This document shows, piece after piece, positions 7,959-20,327 of a stretch of 56,231 nucleotides of DNA. The position numbers and the translations under genes were made by a program. How positions within the stretch are numbered: the stretch's first letter is position 1; each line of letters starts with the position of its first letter. The stretch is from an uncultured Planctomycetia bacterium (GTDB taxonomy: Bacteria; Omnitrophota; Gorgyraeia; JACOVV01): NCBI GenBank assembly GCA_964372345.1, contig CAYJQR010000003.1, forward strand, positions 1-56,231, read 5' to 3'. Below the pieces are notes generated by a model. The model was not told the origin of the DNA and did no database searches. It was given only the letters and a program-made list of their open reading frames with translations.

Positions 7959-8731
7959 CCTAGAAGATCCCCACTGCGAGCGATTCGGATAAATACCTGC
8001 TCAAGATTCTGGGTCTTAAACTGTTCTAAAACCTCTTTTGTCGTCCCTTCCGCTTTCTTTTCTCCATGGTGAATGAAAAGAATCCGGTCGCAAACCATTT
8101 CTACCTCGGCCATGTTATGAGAGGTATATAAAATGGCCATTCTCCTCTCTTTCTGCACTTTAAGGATCACCCCCCTGACTAAATCGGCCATATCCGGATC
8201 CAGACTCGCGGTCGGTTCATCCAACAGGAGTAACTCCGGGTCATTCAGGAACGCCTTGCAAAGATTAAGCCGGGTCTGCTCCCCAGAAGAGAGAAAGCCG
8301 GACCGGCGCCGGCCAAGGTGGCTGATCTGGAAAACCTCCAGCAGTTCTTTAATTTTTCTCTTGGCCTCTTTGATGTTATAGAGCCGCGCGTAAAGCTCCA
8401 GATTCTGAACAGCTGTGAGGTTATAAGGAAGATTAACGTAGGCGGAAGAAAAATTGAGCCTTGGAAGCAGTTGAAATCGCCGTTCGACCGGAGAGAGGCC
8501 AAACACCTTGACCTCGCCGCTGGTGGGAGTGAGCAGTCCCAGGATGATGTGGATCGCCGTTGTTTTTCCGGCCCCGTTGGGCCCCAAGAGCCCCAGGATT
8601 TCCCCTTCCTTTAACTGGAAACTCAAACTTTTAAGCGCTTCCGTGCCGTTGTACCGCTTGCAGAGATCCTGAAGTTCGACGACGCTGTTCATTGTTCGTT
8701 GTTCATGGTGCATAGTAGGGTGATTGGCCAC
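7955..8731 (-). CDS. ABC transporter ATP-binding protein
   Basis: Walker A GPNGAGKTT, signature LSSGEQTRL, Walker B LLLLDEPTASLD. The true start may be the internal MNSVVEL. Confidence 0.85.
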   Translation of the reverse strand: MANHPTMHHEQRTMNSVVELQDLCKRYNGTEALKSLSFQLKEGEILGLLGPNGAGKTTAIHIILGLLTPTSGEVKVFGLSPVERRFQLLPRLNFSSAYVNLPYNLTAVQNLELYARLYNIKEAKRKIKELLEVFQISHLGRRRSGFLSSGEQTRLNLCKAFLNDPELLLLDEPTASLDPDMADLVRGVILKVQKERRMAILYTSHNMAEVEMVCDRILFIHHGEKKAEGTTKEVLEQFKTQNLEQVFIRIARSGDLLG

Positions 8732-9072
8732 TATGAACTGACTGCATCAACCTTTGCCGCCAGGATAAAATCGTTCTCTGAGAGCCCCTTGATCGCATGA
8801 GTGGAGAGTCGGATGACGCATCTCCCCCAGGAAACTTCCATGTCCGGATGGTGTCCTTCTTGTTCGGCAATGGCCGCGACCAGGTTGACAAAACCCAGGG
8901 TCTCCTTAAAATTTTTAAACTTGTACTCTTTACGGATCTCTTTGGCTCCCTGCAAGAGTTCCCAGCCGGCTTTAAGCTGCTTCATGAAACCGCGCGCTTG
9001 ATTTTCGGTCAGCGGCGCCACTCCCCCTTCACAGGGCTTGCATTTTTTATCGGTCAGACAAGAACCAGTCAT
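8731..9072 (-). CDS. pterin-4-alpha-carbinolamine dehydratase (PCD/DCoH family)
   Basis: 113 aa with an EGHHPD core motif and an LSTH segment. An AAGGAG SD lies upstream. Confidence 0.75.
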   Translation of the reverse strand: MTGSCLTDKKCKPCEGGVAPLTENQARGFMKQLKAGWELLQGAKEIRKEYKFKNFKETLGFVNLVAAIAEQEGHHPDMEVSWGRCVIRLSTHAIKGLSENDFILAAKVDAVSS

Positions 9073-9163
9073 TTTTGCTTCTCCTTTTCCATTTCCCTTT
9101 CCATTTCCTATTTCGATGTGATTTTATCATAATTATTTAGGAGGCCCTGTGATGAAGAAATCT

Positions 9164-10267
9164 TCACTCATAGAATTTTTGGATGCCAGAAACGATGAAT
9201 GTCTGTTGTTGCCGTGTCAGTTCAGGAAACATGGGTAAGGTTACTGTCTCTTCCGCCGCTTTCTCCGCCTCCGGGATATCCCCTTTTTTATAGCCGCCGA
9301 CCGCCTTTTGAAGATGCTGCGGCAACGGATAATAGACCCCTGTTTCAATTCCTTTCTTCTTTAGAAATGCCCTCAGACGATCTCGTTGTTGAGCGCGAAT
9401 CACGTAGAGATGGTACACGTGGACATTGCCGGGAATAGTCCATGGAGTCTGAATCTGCGGGATCCCGTTTAAAAGGCGATGATAGATCTCTGCTTTTTCT
9501 CGGCGTTGCTGATTCCATCTCGCGATATGTTTCAGTTTCACTCTAAGAATCGCCGCCTGCAAACTATCCAGCCGGCTGTTATATCCCATAACGTCGTGGA
9601 CGTATTTGTGACCCTTTCGCGATCCCTGAACCCGAAGGGTACGAATTCGTTCGACTAAATTCTTCTTTTCGACGGTGATAAACCCGCCGTCGCCGCAGGC
9701 CCCTAAGTTCTTAGTTGGATAAGCGCTAAAAGCCCCCAGATCCCCAAAGGTTCCGGCATACCGACCGCTCTGCATCGCCCCAAACGCCTGCGCGCAGTCT
9801 TCAATGACTGTCAGTCGATGCTCCCGCGCAATTTTCGCTATTTCCTTCATGTCGGCGCATTGACCATACAGATGGACTGGTAAAATGGCTTTTGTCTTCC
9901 AGGATATTTTCTGTCGGATCAAAGACGGGTCCAAAGCATAAGACAACGGATCAATGTCAACAAAAACAGGTCTGGCCCCCGCGTGCAAAATAGCCCCGAC
10001 CGTGGCAAAGTAAGTGTGAGGTGTGGTAATAACCTCATCCCCCGCTCTTATGCCTAGCGCCACCAAAGAAAGAAAAAGGGCGTCGGTCCCTGAAGCAACG
10101 CCGACGGCATACCGGCATTTCAAAAAATCAGCCGCTTCGCTCTCAAATCGTTCCACGTCTTTTCCAAAGATAAATTGATTGGAATCAAAGACCCCGTGAA
10201 TGGCTTTTTCCAAATTCCTCCGAATCGAGCGATGCTGCTGCTGAATATCCACTAAAGGTATTTTCAT
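9164..10267 (-). CDS. DegT/DnrJ/EryC1-type PLP-dependent sugar aminotransferase
   Basis: 367 aa with the family-typical AYPTKNLGACGDGG lysine motif and an N-terminal IPLVD... segment. Confidence 0.85.
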   Translation of the reverse strand: MKIPLVDIQQQHRSIRRNLEKAIHGVFDSNQFIFGKDVERFESEAADFLKCRYAVGVASGTDALFLSLVALGIRAGDEVITTPHTYFATVGAILHAGARPVFVDIDPLSYALDPSLIRQKISWKTKAILPVHLYGQCADMKEIAKIAREHRLTVIEDCAQAFGAMQSGRYAGTFGDLGAFSAYPTKNLGACGDGGFITVEKKNLVERIRTLRVQGSRKGHKYVHDVMGYNSRLDSLQAAILRVKLKHIARWNQQRREKAEIYHRLLNGIPQIQTPWTIPGNVHVYHLYVIRAQQRDRLRAFLKKKGIETGVYYPLPQHLQKAVGGYKKGDIPEAEKAAEETVTLPMFPELTRQQQTFIVSGIQKFYE

Positions 10268-11010
10268 GTTTTAGCTCCCACCGCCAGGATGGACGTCCCG
10301 AAAGGAATTGGGAGATACCGACTTACTATCGTATCAAAACGGCAAACGACCGAAAATAAATTATTTGCGGTTTTGGGTAATGGACTCAGGTCGGACTTGG
10401 GTTGTTTTGTCTGCCTCTGGGGCCGGAAAAAACGACGCGCCAGAAAAATCACCGGTAACAGAATAAAATTCCAGTAAAAGAGTTTCCTCACCCTGAAACC
10501 GTTCCCTGCCAGCAGGTGTTTTACTTCTTCCAATTGATAGCGGTGACGGGTATGGATGGCCTGATCATGTTCCCCCTTGAGCCATTCAAACGCTGGGAGA
10601 TTGACCAGCAGGACCCCGCCCGGTTTTAAAACTCTCCAGGCCTCCCGGACCGCCCGCTGCTCATCGACACCCTGCATGTAGAGAACATCCATCGATAGAA
10701 CCATATCAAAAACAGCCGCCTGAAAAGGAAGCTGGGCCACCGAGCTCTGAATGACGGAGACTTTCTGTCGTTGAGAAACGCGCCCAATGGCTTCTTTCGA
10801 GAAATCAACCCCTATCGACTCCGCCCGTGGGAACTTCTCGGATAATCGGTCCAACATTCCGCCGGTCCCGCATCCCGCGTCCAAGATTCTCACCTTTGAA
10901 CAATTCTTTAATTCCAAATCCGCTAACTCACTGATCATGGCTTGCAGAGACTTATACCACCAATAGGAATTTTCCATTTTCGCCATCAGATCATATTCTC
11001 TGGCTTCCAC
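10264..11010 (-). CDS. class I SAM-dependent methyltransferase with a C-terminal hydrophobic tail
   Basis: ILDAGCGTGG motif I. 4-nt overlap with the downstream aminotransferase gene. Confidence 0.75.
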   Translation of the reverse strand: MEAREYDLMAKMENSYWWYKSLQAMISELADLELKNCSKVRILDAGCGTGGMLDRLSEKFPRAESIGVDFSKEAIGRVSQRQKVSVIQSSVAQLPFQAAVFDMVLSMDVLYMQGVDEQRAVREAWRVLKPGGVLLVNLPAFEWLKGEHDQAIHTRHRYQLEEVKHLLAGNGFRVRKLFYWNFILLPVIFLARRFFRPQRQTKQPKSDLSPLPKTANNLFSVVCRFDTIVSRYLPIPFGTSILAVGAKT

Positions 11011-11022
11011 CTTAACCCTCCG

Positions 11023-12027
11023 TTACCAATAATAGCGATGATGCTCCTGATAATACTTTAATGTCCGTTGAAGTCCTTCTTCCATTGAAACCTTTGGAGA
11101 CCACCCTGTTAATGAACGAATCTTTTCGTCATTGGCGTAGTAATCTCCTATGTCAATCGCTTTCTGTTCCGCGGGAAAAGGGACGATGGAAAACGTTCCT
11201 TTGCCTCTGAGCGAAATTAACATCTTCGCTAAATCTACCAGAGTGATGGCTCTATCCCCGCCTAAATTGAAGATCCGGCCGTCGCAGGATTGGCGCGCGG
11301 CGGCTAACAGCAACGCCTCTACCGCGTCCTCCACATAACTAAAATCCCGCAATTGGGTCCCTTTTTCGAAAACCTGGATTTCCCGCCCCTCAATCAACTG
11401 ACGAATCCACCATCCCAGGAAAGTCTGACGGGCGTCCTTGACCCGCATCCGCGGTCCGTAAGTATTGGTTAAGCGCAACACGCAGGTACGGATCCCATAA
11501 ACGTTATTATAAACGATATGGTACCACTCCCCCGCCATTTTATTGATTCCGTTGACGTCGACCGGGTTCAGCGAATGCTTTTCATCGACCGGCAGATACT
11601 GCGGAACCCCGTAGATTTGACGGGTGCTGGCATAGACCACTTTGACGGCCGGATTGTACCGACGGCAGCTCTCCATGATGGAAAGCTGCGCCCGGCAATT
11701 GATTTCTAAGTCCGTGTAGGGCTCTCTCATAGAATCCAGATGACTGGTCTGCCCTGCTAAATTAAACAAATAATCCTGTCCTTGGATCCATTCTGCCATG
11801 TTTTTCTCATCGCGCACATCTCCCTTCACCACCAGAATTTCCTCTTCAATCCCATGGAGATTAAAAGAGTTCCCACCGTACTCAAGGATCAAAGCGTCCA
11901 CAATGAGAATGTTAGCCCCCAGTCCTGCTAGACGGCGGGCCAAGTTAGACCCGATAAAACCGAGTCCTCCCGTAATCAAAACCTTCTTGCCGGAGAACAC
12001 CTTGTCGAATTCTGTATTTTTCTGCAT
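11023..12027 (-). CDS. NAD-dependent sugar-nucleotide epimerase/dehydratase (extended SDR)
   Basis: 334 aa with the VLITGGLGFIGSNL Rossmann motif. Confidence 0.8.
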   Translation of the reverse strand: MQKNTEFDKVFSGKKVLITGGLGFIGSNLARRLAGLGANILIVDALILEYGGNSFNLHGIEEEILVVKGDVRDEKNMAEWIQGQDYLFNLAGQTSHLDSMREPYTDLEINCRAQLSIMESCRRYNPAVKVVYASTRQIYGVPQYLPVDEKHSLNPVDVNGINKMAGEWYHIVYNNVYGIRTCVLRLTNTYGPRMRVKDARQTFLGWWIRQLIEGREIQVFEKGTQLRDFSYVEDAVEALLLAAARQSCDGRIFNLGGDRAITLVDLAKMLISLRGKGTFSIVPFPAEQKAIDIGDYYANDEKIRSLTGWSPKVSMEEGLQRTLKYYQEHHRYYW

Positions 12028-12057
12028 CTTTAGCGACTTGCTGACGCTGCGGAGGTT

Positions 12058-12828
12058 TTAATTCGCCGGAGATTGAACCGCGTAACGATTCCGTTCCTGA
12101 CGATAAGCAATGCCAACCGGCGTTCTGCGTAAAACCATCAACTCCCACCAAAGCGAGAAAACATTTATCGCCGTGACCAGGAGGCGCCGAAAATTGAAAA
12201 ATTGAGACCGCCCAAATAACCGGAAATAATGATGCACCGGATATTCGACAAAACGATATCCCGCCAGTTCCAGTTTTTTTACCAGTTCCAGACAAATAAC
12301 GCCGGAGGCATGATGCAGCCGAATATTTTTCAGGGCTTCTCGGCGGATCAGGCGAAAATCGCAATCCACGTCGCGCACATGAAATTGGAACAGCAACCGA
12401 ATCAGCATCAGATAAAGTTTCCCGATGATAATTCGATGCGGGGGATCGGAACGAAAGATTTTGTAACCGTTAATGACATCGACCCCTTCTTGAATCACGG
12501 GCAAGAACTTTCGTAGTTCAAACACGTCATACTGGCCATCGCCATCGGTATAAAACACCCATTCTTTTCTGGCATGCTCAAAACCCGATAAGAGAGCGGC
12601 CCCATAACCTTTGTTCCGATGGTGAAACACCAACTGCAACTGAGGATATTTGTGCTGAAGTTCCGATAGAAGTTCACGGCTTCCATCCGCGCTTCCATCA
12701 TCGACAACGATAATTTCATAGTCCTGGCAATATTCCCTGGCCGCAACATCGGCAGCCGCGACCAGGCTGGCAATGGTTCCGGAATCGTTAAAACAGGGAA
12801 AGAAAATCGTTAGAGAAGGAGGGGACAT
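12058..12828 (-). CDS. GT2 polyprenyl-phosphate glycosyltransferase (ArnC/GtrB/DPM1-like)
   Basis: VVDDGSADGS and YTDGDGQYD motifs plus a C-terminal TM helix. It lies directly upstream of a GT-C membrane enzyme gene. Confidence 0.7.
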   Translation of the reverse strand: MSPPSLTIFFPCFNDSGTIASLVAAADVAAREYCQDYEIIVVDDGSADGSRELLSELQHKYPQLQLVFHHRNKGYGAALLSGFEHARKEWVFYTDGDGQYDVFELRKFLPVIQEGVDVINGYKIFRSDPPHRIIIGKLYLMLIRLLFQFHVRDVDCDFRLIRREALKNIRLHHASGVICLELVKKLELAGYRFVEYPVHHYFRLFGRSQFFNFRRLLVTAINVFSLWWELMVLRRTPVGIAYRQERNRYAVQSPAN

Positions 12829-12841
12829 TTTAGTGGAGATA

Positions 12842-14068
12842 TTATATCATATTCCGGCGCCGGACCAATCTCGCCAGCCCGTAGGCTGGAAAAACCATCA
12901 AAAGGGGTTCTATCATCCACCGGTGCCTGGTTTCCACATAGCAGATGCTATGAACAAAGGCGATGATGAAGGCAAAGATGAAGAGAAAAAACGCCTCCGG
13001 CCATCCAACCTTCCGGTAATCTTTGAAAGTGAAAAAAAGTCCCAAGACAGAGAAGAAAACAAGCGGCCAATACCATAGTTGATAAAAAAACAACCACTGG
13101 GCCGGATATTCATACCCTGTCTGTGGGGAAAAACTCCAAAAATAAATGAATTTTCTGATGGTTCTCCGCGCAAAAGCCGCCGGGTCTTCCCGAATATAAG
13201 CCAATGCCTGCTCCTTGAAAAAATCATGTTGTTCTATTTCATTGAGTGAATACAAACGATTTCGAAAATGAGCAGGGGCCACGTCCAGAAGCGGTTGACG
13301 CGCCGCCGTCAGAGACGTTCCGGAGGTATAGGGGCTATTCCCACGCCATAGATGTTCCGCGGAACAGGTTGTGATAAAGATAAACCGATTGTAAATCCGG
13401 TAACCCCTGTAGACCCATGGCGAAATCATAACAACCACTATTCCAATCATAATGGCCGACCTATAGAATGCCTTGACGATTTGACGATTTCTTAATAAGT
13501 CATAAATAAAAACGGCGGGGATCAGGAAAACGAAGGTAGTGCGTAAAAAAATCCCAACCGCTATTAAAAAGCCGACCGCCGCCGCTGTCCTTGCCCGCGT
13601 CTCCCTGCAAAAAATCTGACGCAAGATCACGAGAAGGAAAAAGATAACTAACGTCAACTCGTGGAGCTTACTGCTATAAACGATGAGTCCCGGATGAAAC
13701 GAATAAAGCAATCCTGTAATGATTGCCGTCTTCTCGTCGAATATTCTCGCCGCGATCTTCATCAATGGAACGACGGAGAAACTGGCAATGAGAACCTGCA
13801 GTAATTCGACTATCAGATAATTTCTATGAGTCGTAAAATGGACGGCGGCGCTTAAATAGGAATAAAGCATGTTGGGGAAAAAAAGGTACTCTGTTCCATT
13901 GTGATTAAAAACATACCCTCTCCCGGATAAAATGTTCGTAGCGATGGTGTCGTATTCCCAAACATCCGAATGCAGGTGCCGACCTAAAACAAAAATTGTG
14001 ATTGTCCTGGCCAAGAGGCTTAGGAAGAAACAAGCTATCATTTTTCCCTTTAGCGTTTTTGGCATCAA
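12842..14068 (-). CDS. GT-C fold membrane glycosyltransferase (ArnT/PMT, GT39/83-like)
   Basis: 408 aa and polytopic. The first-loop acidic motif HSDVWEYDTIATNILSGRGY is typical of ArnT/PMT_2 proteins. Confidence 0.6.
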   Translation of the reverse strand: MMPKTLKGKMIACFFLSLLARTITIFVLGRHLHSDVWEYDTIATNILSGRGYVFNHNGTEYLFFPNMLYSYLSAAVHFTTHRNYLIVELLQVLIASFSVVPLMKIAARIFDEKTAIITGLLYSFHPGLIVYSSKLHELTLVIFFLLVILRQIFCRETRARTAAAVGFLIAVGIFLRTTFVFLIPAVFIYDLLRNRQIVKAFYRSAIMIGIVVVMISPWVYRGYRIYNRFIFITTCSAEHLWRGNSPYTSGTSLTAARQPLLDVAPAHFRNRLYSLNEIEQHDFFKEQALAYIREDPAAFARRTIRKFIYFWSFSPQTGYEYPAQWLFFYQLWYWPLVFFSVLGLFFTFKDYRKVGWPEAFFLFIFAFIIAFVHSICYVETRHRWMIEPLLMVFPAYGLARLVRRRNMI

Positions 14069-14886
14069 TAAAACGCCCCTTTTAGAAAGCTCATGATTCC
14101 ACTACGATATTGACGCATCTTAAAAAGATACCGCCCGTGAAGGAAAAACTCCCTGGCAATAAACCGTTCCAGTTTCATCGGTTTGTTCATCAACCCGGCG
14201 TCTAGCTTGATTTGCTGAATAACACCCCACCGTTCCGGATGCCTCTGGGAGACCGATTGACCGTGTAACCTCTTCGAATAGAGACACTCCGGAAGATTGC
14301 TCATTTGAGTTAATGGGATAAAACGGAGCCAGAGAGCGTAATCTTGGCCAAAAGGATATTCTTCCGGATATCTTCCCGCCTTCAAAAAAATCCTTTTTGA
14401 AAAAACAACGGACCCATGGCAAAAGACATTAATCGTTTTTAAAAACCGCTTTATCTGCGCATCCTCGGTCGGGAATTTTACCGTGTAAAGCCCTTCCCCT
14501 TGCTCATCAACCCCTTTATAGAACGTCCCGATCAGCCCTACCGCGGATTTCTCTCGCAGATATTCCATCTGTAAACGCAGCCGCTGGCCGATGGAGACAT
14601 CATCCGCGTCCTGGCGGGCAATCCATGGGGCCGTGGTTTGGCTGATGGCGCGATTGAGTGATTTCGTCAGGCCAAGACGGGTTTCATTTCTGAAGATTTT
14701 GATTCGATCGTCCGCTGCGGCCCACTTTTGCACTAAATTCATCGTACCGTCTGTGGAAGCGTCATCGACAATGATAAACTCGTAGTCGCTAAACTGCTGA
14801 TCCAGGATACTCCGGATAGCCTTGTCTAAAAAGCGCTCCGTATTATAGACGCTCATGACAACACTCAATTCAGGGGTTCTATTCAT
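14065..14886 (-). CDS. GT2 family glycosyltransferase
   Basis: LSVVMSVYNTERFLDKAIRSILDQ...IIVDDASTDGT and QDADD motifs. Confidence 0.85.
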   Translation of the reverse strand: MNRTPELSVVMSVYNTERFLDKAIRSILDQQFSDYEFIIVDDASTDGTMNLVQKWAAADDRIKIFRNETRLGLTKSLNRAISQTTAPWIARQDADDVSIGQRLRLQMEYLREKSAVGLIGTFYKGVDEQGEGLYTVKFPTEDAQIKRFLKTINVFCHGSVVFSKRIFLKAGRYPEEYPFGQDYALWLRFIPLTQMSNLPECLYSKRLHGQSVSQRHPERWGVIQQIKLDAGLMNKPMKLERFIAREFFLHGRYLFKMRQYRSGIMSFLKGAFY

Positions 14887-16001
14887 TGGAGGATACTTTT
14901 GTAAAAATCGACTTCTTTTTCAACGACCCGCTCCAGATTAAATTCCCGCTCGACACTTTTCCTCGCTTCACTTCCGCATCGCTGAATTAACAACGGCTGT
15001 TGTAAAAGTTTTAGCGCCGTTTCATTAATGGACTGGGGATCGGTCCGGCACAGACAACCATTGACGCCGTCTTTAATGAGTTCCTTGACCCCGTCAATGC
15101 GACTTCCGACAACAGCCAGCCCGCAGGCCATCGCTTCAAGAAGCGCTTTGGGCATCCCTTCATAAAATGAAGGGAGAACGAAAATCTCATGCTCATTCAG
15201 AATCTCTGGAAGTTTTTCATTAGTAATCTGCTCGTGATATTCTAATTTGATCTTTTTCCTAGACGCTTCAAATAGAATATTTTCCCGCAGCGGCCCATCC
15301 CCTACAATGGTCAGGGAGCAATCAATTCCTTCCAACGCCCGTAAAAGGGAAGAGATATTCTTCTGAGGAGCTAAACGCCCGACAAAGATAACGCTTCTTT
15401 TTCTTTTTTGAACAACCCAGGGTTTAAAAAGAGAAGTATCCACGTAATTCGGGATTAACCCGATCGGTTTTTCTGAATCTCCGCAGAGCCGGCGCGCGTG
15501 CACCCTCCCTGCCTGTGAAGCGCAAAGAATGGCGTCACACTGCCTGAATATTTTTCTTTCCTTAACGGTTACCCGCCAGCTGGAGAATGGATTACGACTC
15601 TCAAGGCGATGGTGCAATGACCAGATGTATCCGCTTCGGACAAAGAGCGGGAGCCGCAGTTCTTTTTTACACCGCAGGGCCGCTTCGGCTCCTTTCACCT
15701 GGTGAGTCCTCAAGAAATCGACTTTCCCTAAAACATCCCGCAGTAATTCTCGGTTTCCATTTTCCCGGGTATTTCCCAACACAGGGAATATCTGGATGTT
15801 ATCAGCCAATTTCTCTCGATATTGGAAATCTTCTTCATCACCGTAGGTTAGAAAACAGATTTTTCCCAAATACCGGCTCAGCCGGTTATAAAAAGCTGTC
15901 TCCCGCGTGAAAATGCCGGATTGATCCCAATCCTTTAGGGAAACGCCCTCTGTAAAAAAAAGCGCCATCCTTTTCTGAGAAAGCTCCTGCTCTGTGATCA
16001 T
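14883..16001 (-). CDS. GT4 (GT-B) glycosyltransferase
   Basis: C-terminal EGMPKALLEAMACGLAVVGS motif. Confidence 0.8.
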   Translation of the reverse strand: MITEQELSQKRMALFFTEGVSLKDWDQSGIFTRETAFYNRLSRYLGKICFLTYGDEEDFQYREKLADNIQIFPVLGNTRENGNRELLRDVLGKVDFLRTHQVKGAEAALRCKKELRLPLFVRSGYIWSLHHRLESRNPFSSWRVTVKERKIFRQCDAILCASQAGRVHARRLCGDSEKPIGLIPNYVDTSLFKPWVVQKRKRSVIFVGRLAPQKNISSLLRALEGIDCSLTIVGDGPLRENILFEASRKKIKLEYHEQITNEKLPEILNEHEIFVLPSFYEGMPKALLEAMACGLAVVGSRIDGVKELIKDGVNGCLCRTDPQSINETALKLLQQPLLIQRCGSEARKSVEREFNLERVVEKEVDFYKSILQ

Positions 16002-17891
16002 CTAAAGACACTCCCGATGCCAGTGCTCCAGCACCAGAAGCCCCCATAATTCGTAGGCGTGGTCTTGTTTTCCAGACAGATGAGCTAAGAACAGGTCATT
16101 CATTTTGTCTTTTTTGAAATACCGCCCTATTCTTGTTTGGCCTGAAAAGAGCCCTTCTCTAACCGTTTCACGTAATTCTCCTCGAATCCATCGAGCCATC
16201 GGAACCGCGAACCCCATTTTGCGGTGATGGAGGTTTTCTTGGGGGATCTCTTTCTGAAACGCCGTTCGCACAAGGTATTTTAACTTCCAATTTCTTAGTT
16301 TCATTTCAGAAGGAAGACGGCTGACAAACTCCACCAGCCGCGTATCTAGAAAGGGGCATCGCACTTCCAAGGAGTGCGCCATGCTCATCATATCTACCTT
16401 GCACAATAAATCATTGGGAAGATAAAATTTCGTATCCACACTCAAAATGGCGTCCAGAGCGGTCTCTTTTCCCGCTTGATCAAAGAGTCGTTCTATCAAT
16501 CCTGTTGACCGGTATCCATTCATGTCAGCCAGGAAATCGCCACGGTACAACGATTGCTTTTTTGACTCATCCAAGAAACCCACCCACTGCAGATACCTTT
16601 CACTCTTGTTGAGTTCACCCGCCTGAAGGAACCGCCCTATGGCGCCAAAAGCCGATTGTCTTCCGGCCTTTTTTAAAACCGCCTGACTTCCACTCGCGAG
16701 CCCCGCGCGAAACCACGCGGGAATTTTCTTCTGATAATCCTCCGCCAATTTAAAACCCAAATGCCTTCGGTACCCCGCGAATATTTCGTCCCCGCCGTCT
16801 CCACTAAGAGCGACCGTGACCCCCTGGCGGGTCATCTTCGACAAATAATAGGTCGGGATCGCCGAGGCGTCGGCAAAGGGTTCGCCAAAATGCCTTACTA
16901 ATCTCGGAAGAAGTCCGACAGCGTCCGGCCGCACAATTTCTTCATGATGATCGGTCTGATAACGTCTGGCGATAATCCGCGCGAAGGGAAGCTCATTGAA
17001 TTCCTGTTCTTCAAAACCGATGGAGAACGTTTTGATTTTTCGCGAAGAAAGCTTGGCCATGACCGCGACCACACTGCTTGAGTCGAGCCCCCCGCTTAAG
17101 AAAGCCCCTAGCGGAACTTCAGACATCAGCCGAGCGTTGACCGCTTCCCGAAAAAGCCGCCGTATTTCTTCAATCGCTTCCCATTCCGTGATCTTAAGCT
17201 TCGGAGAATAACACAACTCCCAGTAGGGCTCCACCGTTACTTTCCCCCGTTCCCAGATAAGAGAATGTCCGGGAGGAAGTTTTTGGATCTCTTGAAAGAT
17301 CGTCTTCGGAGCGGGAATACACAAAAAGGTAAGGTAATCGTGGAGCGCCGCGAAAGAAAGCTCTCTGGAAATCCACGGGATCTCCCTGAAAACTGAGAGC
17401 TCGGAACCGAAAGCAAATTTTCCAGCTTTTTGGCTATAAAAAAGCGGCTTCTTCCCCATCCGGTCCCGAACCAGCGACAGCCGCTGCCGGATCTTATCCC
17501 AAATCGCGAAAGCAAACATCCCTTGAAGCCGCTTGGGAAGTTCTTGGCCGTATTCCTCATAGCCATGTACCAGGACCTCTGTATCCGAGTCAGTCTTGAA
17601 GCGGTGTCCCTTCTCTTCTAACTCCTTCCTCAGTTCCTGGAAATTGTAGATCTCCCCGTTAAAAACAACCCACACCGACTCATCCTCATTCGAGAGAGGC
17701 TGATGTCCTTTGCTGACATCAATAATGCTAAGTCTTGTGTGGATTAAGGTTAGCGATAAATCATTGCGCCTATCACTATAACATCCCTCGGCATCCGGCC
17801 CCCGATGCCTCAGACTGGAGACTATCCGGGAAAGAAGAGATTGGTCAACCGTCGGCGCTCCTAATTCGATGATACCTGCGATACCGCACAT
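16002..17891 (-). CDS. asparagine synthase-like glutamine amidotransferase (AsnB/WbpS/PseA-like), copy 1
   Basis: 629 aa with the N-terminal MCGIAG Ntn nucleophile and the SGGLDSS PP-loop. Its stop abuts the next start. Confidence 0.85.
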   Translation of the reverse strand: MCGIAGIIELGAPTVDQSLLSRIVSSLRHRGPDAEGCYSDRRNDLSLTLIHTRLSIIDVSKGHQPLSNEDESVWVVFNGEIYNFQELRKELEEKGHRFKTDSDTEVLVHGYEEYGQELPKRLQGMFAFAIWDKIRQRLSLVRDRMGKKPLFYSQKAGKFAFGSELSVFREIPWISRELSFAALHDYLTFLCIPAPKTIFQEIQKLPPGHSLIWERGKVTVEPYWELCYSPKLKITEWEAIEEIRRLFREAVNARLMSEVPLGAFLSGGLDSSSVVAVMAKLSSRKIKTFSIGFEEQEFNELPFARIIARRYQTDHHEEIVRPDAVGLLPRLVRHFGEPFADASAIPTYYLSKMTRQGVTVALSGDGGDEIFAGYRRHLGFKLAEDYQKKIPAWFRAGLASGSQAVLKKAGRQSAFGAIGRFLQAGELNKSERYLQWVGFLDESKKQSLYRGDFLADMNGYRSTGLIERLFDQAGKETALDAILSVDTKFYLPNDLLCKVDMMSMAHSLEVRCPFLDTRLVEFVSRLPSEMKLRNWKLKYLVRTAFQKEIPQENLHHRKMGFAVPMARWIRGELRETVREGLFSGQTRIGRYFKKDKMNDLFLAHLSGKQDHAYELWGLLVLEHWHRECL

Positions 17892-17925
17892 AAGGGGGTT
17901 TTATTATACCACTAGCCGCTTTTGA

Positions 17926-20323
<2,398 letters not shown>

Positions 20324-20327
<4 letters not shown>

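Noticed and set aside
9073-9163. ccatttcc-type short repeats upstream of the pterin dehydratase gene
   Set aside because: These are only 2-3 imperfect copies in a pyrimidine-rich leader that also provides the SD on the minus strand. That is not enough for a repeat or regulatory call.
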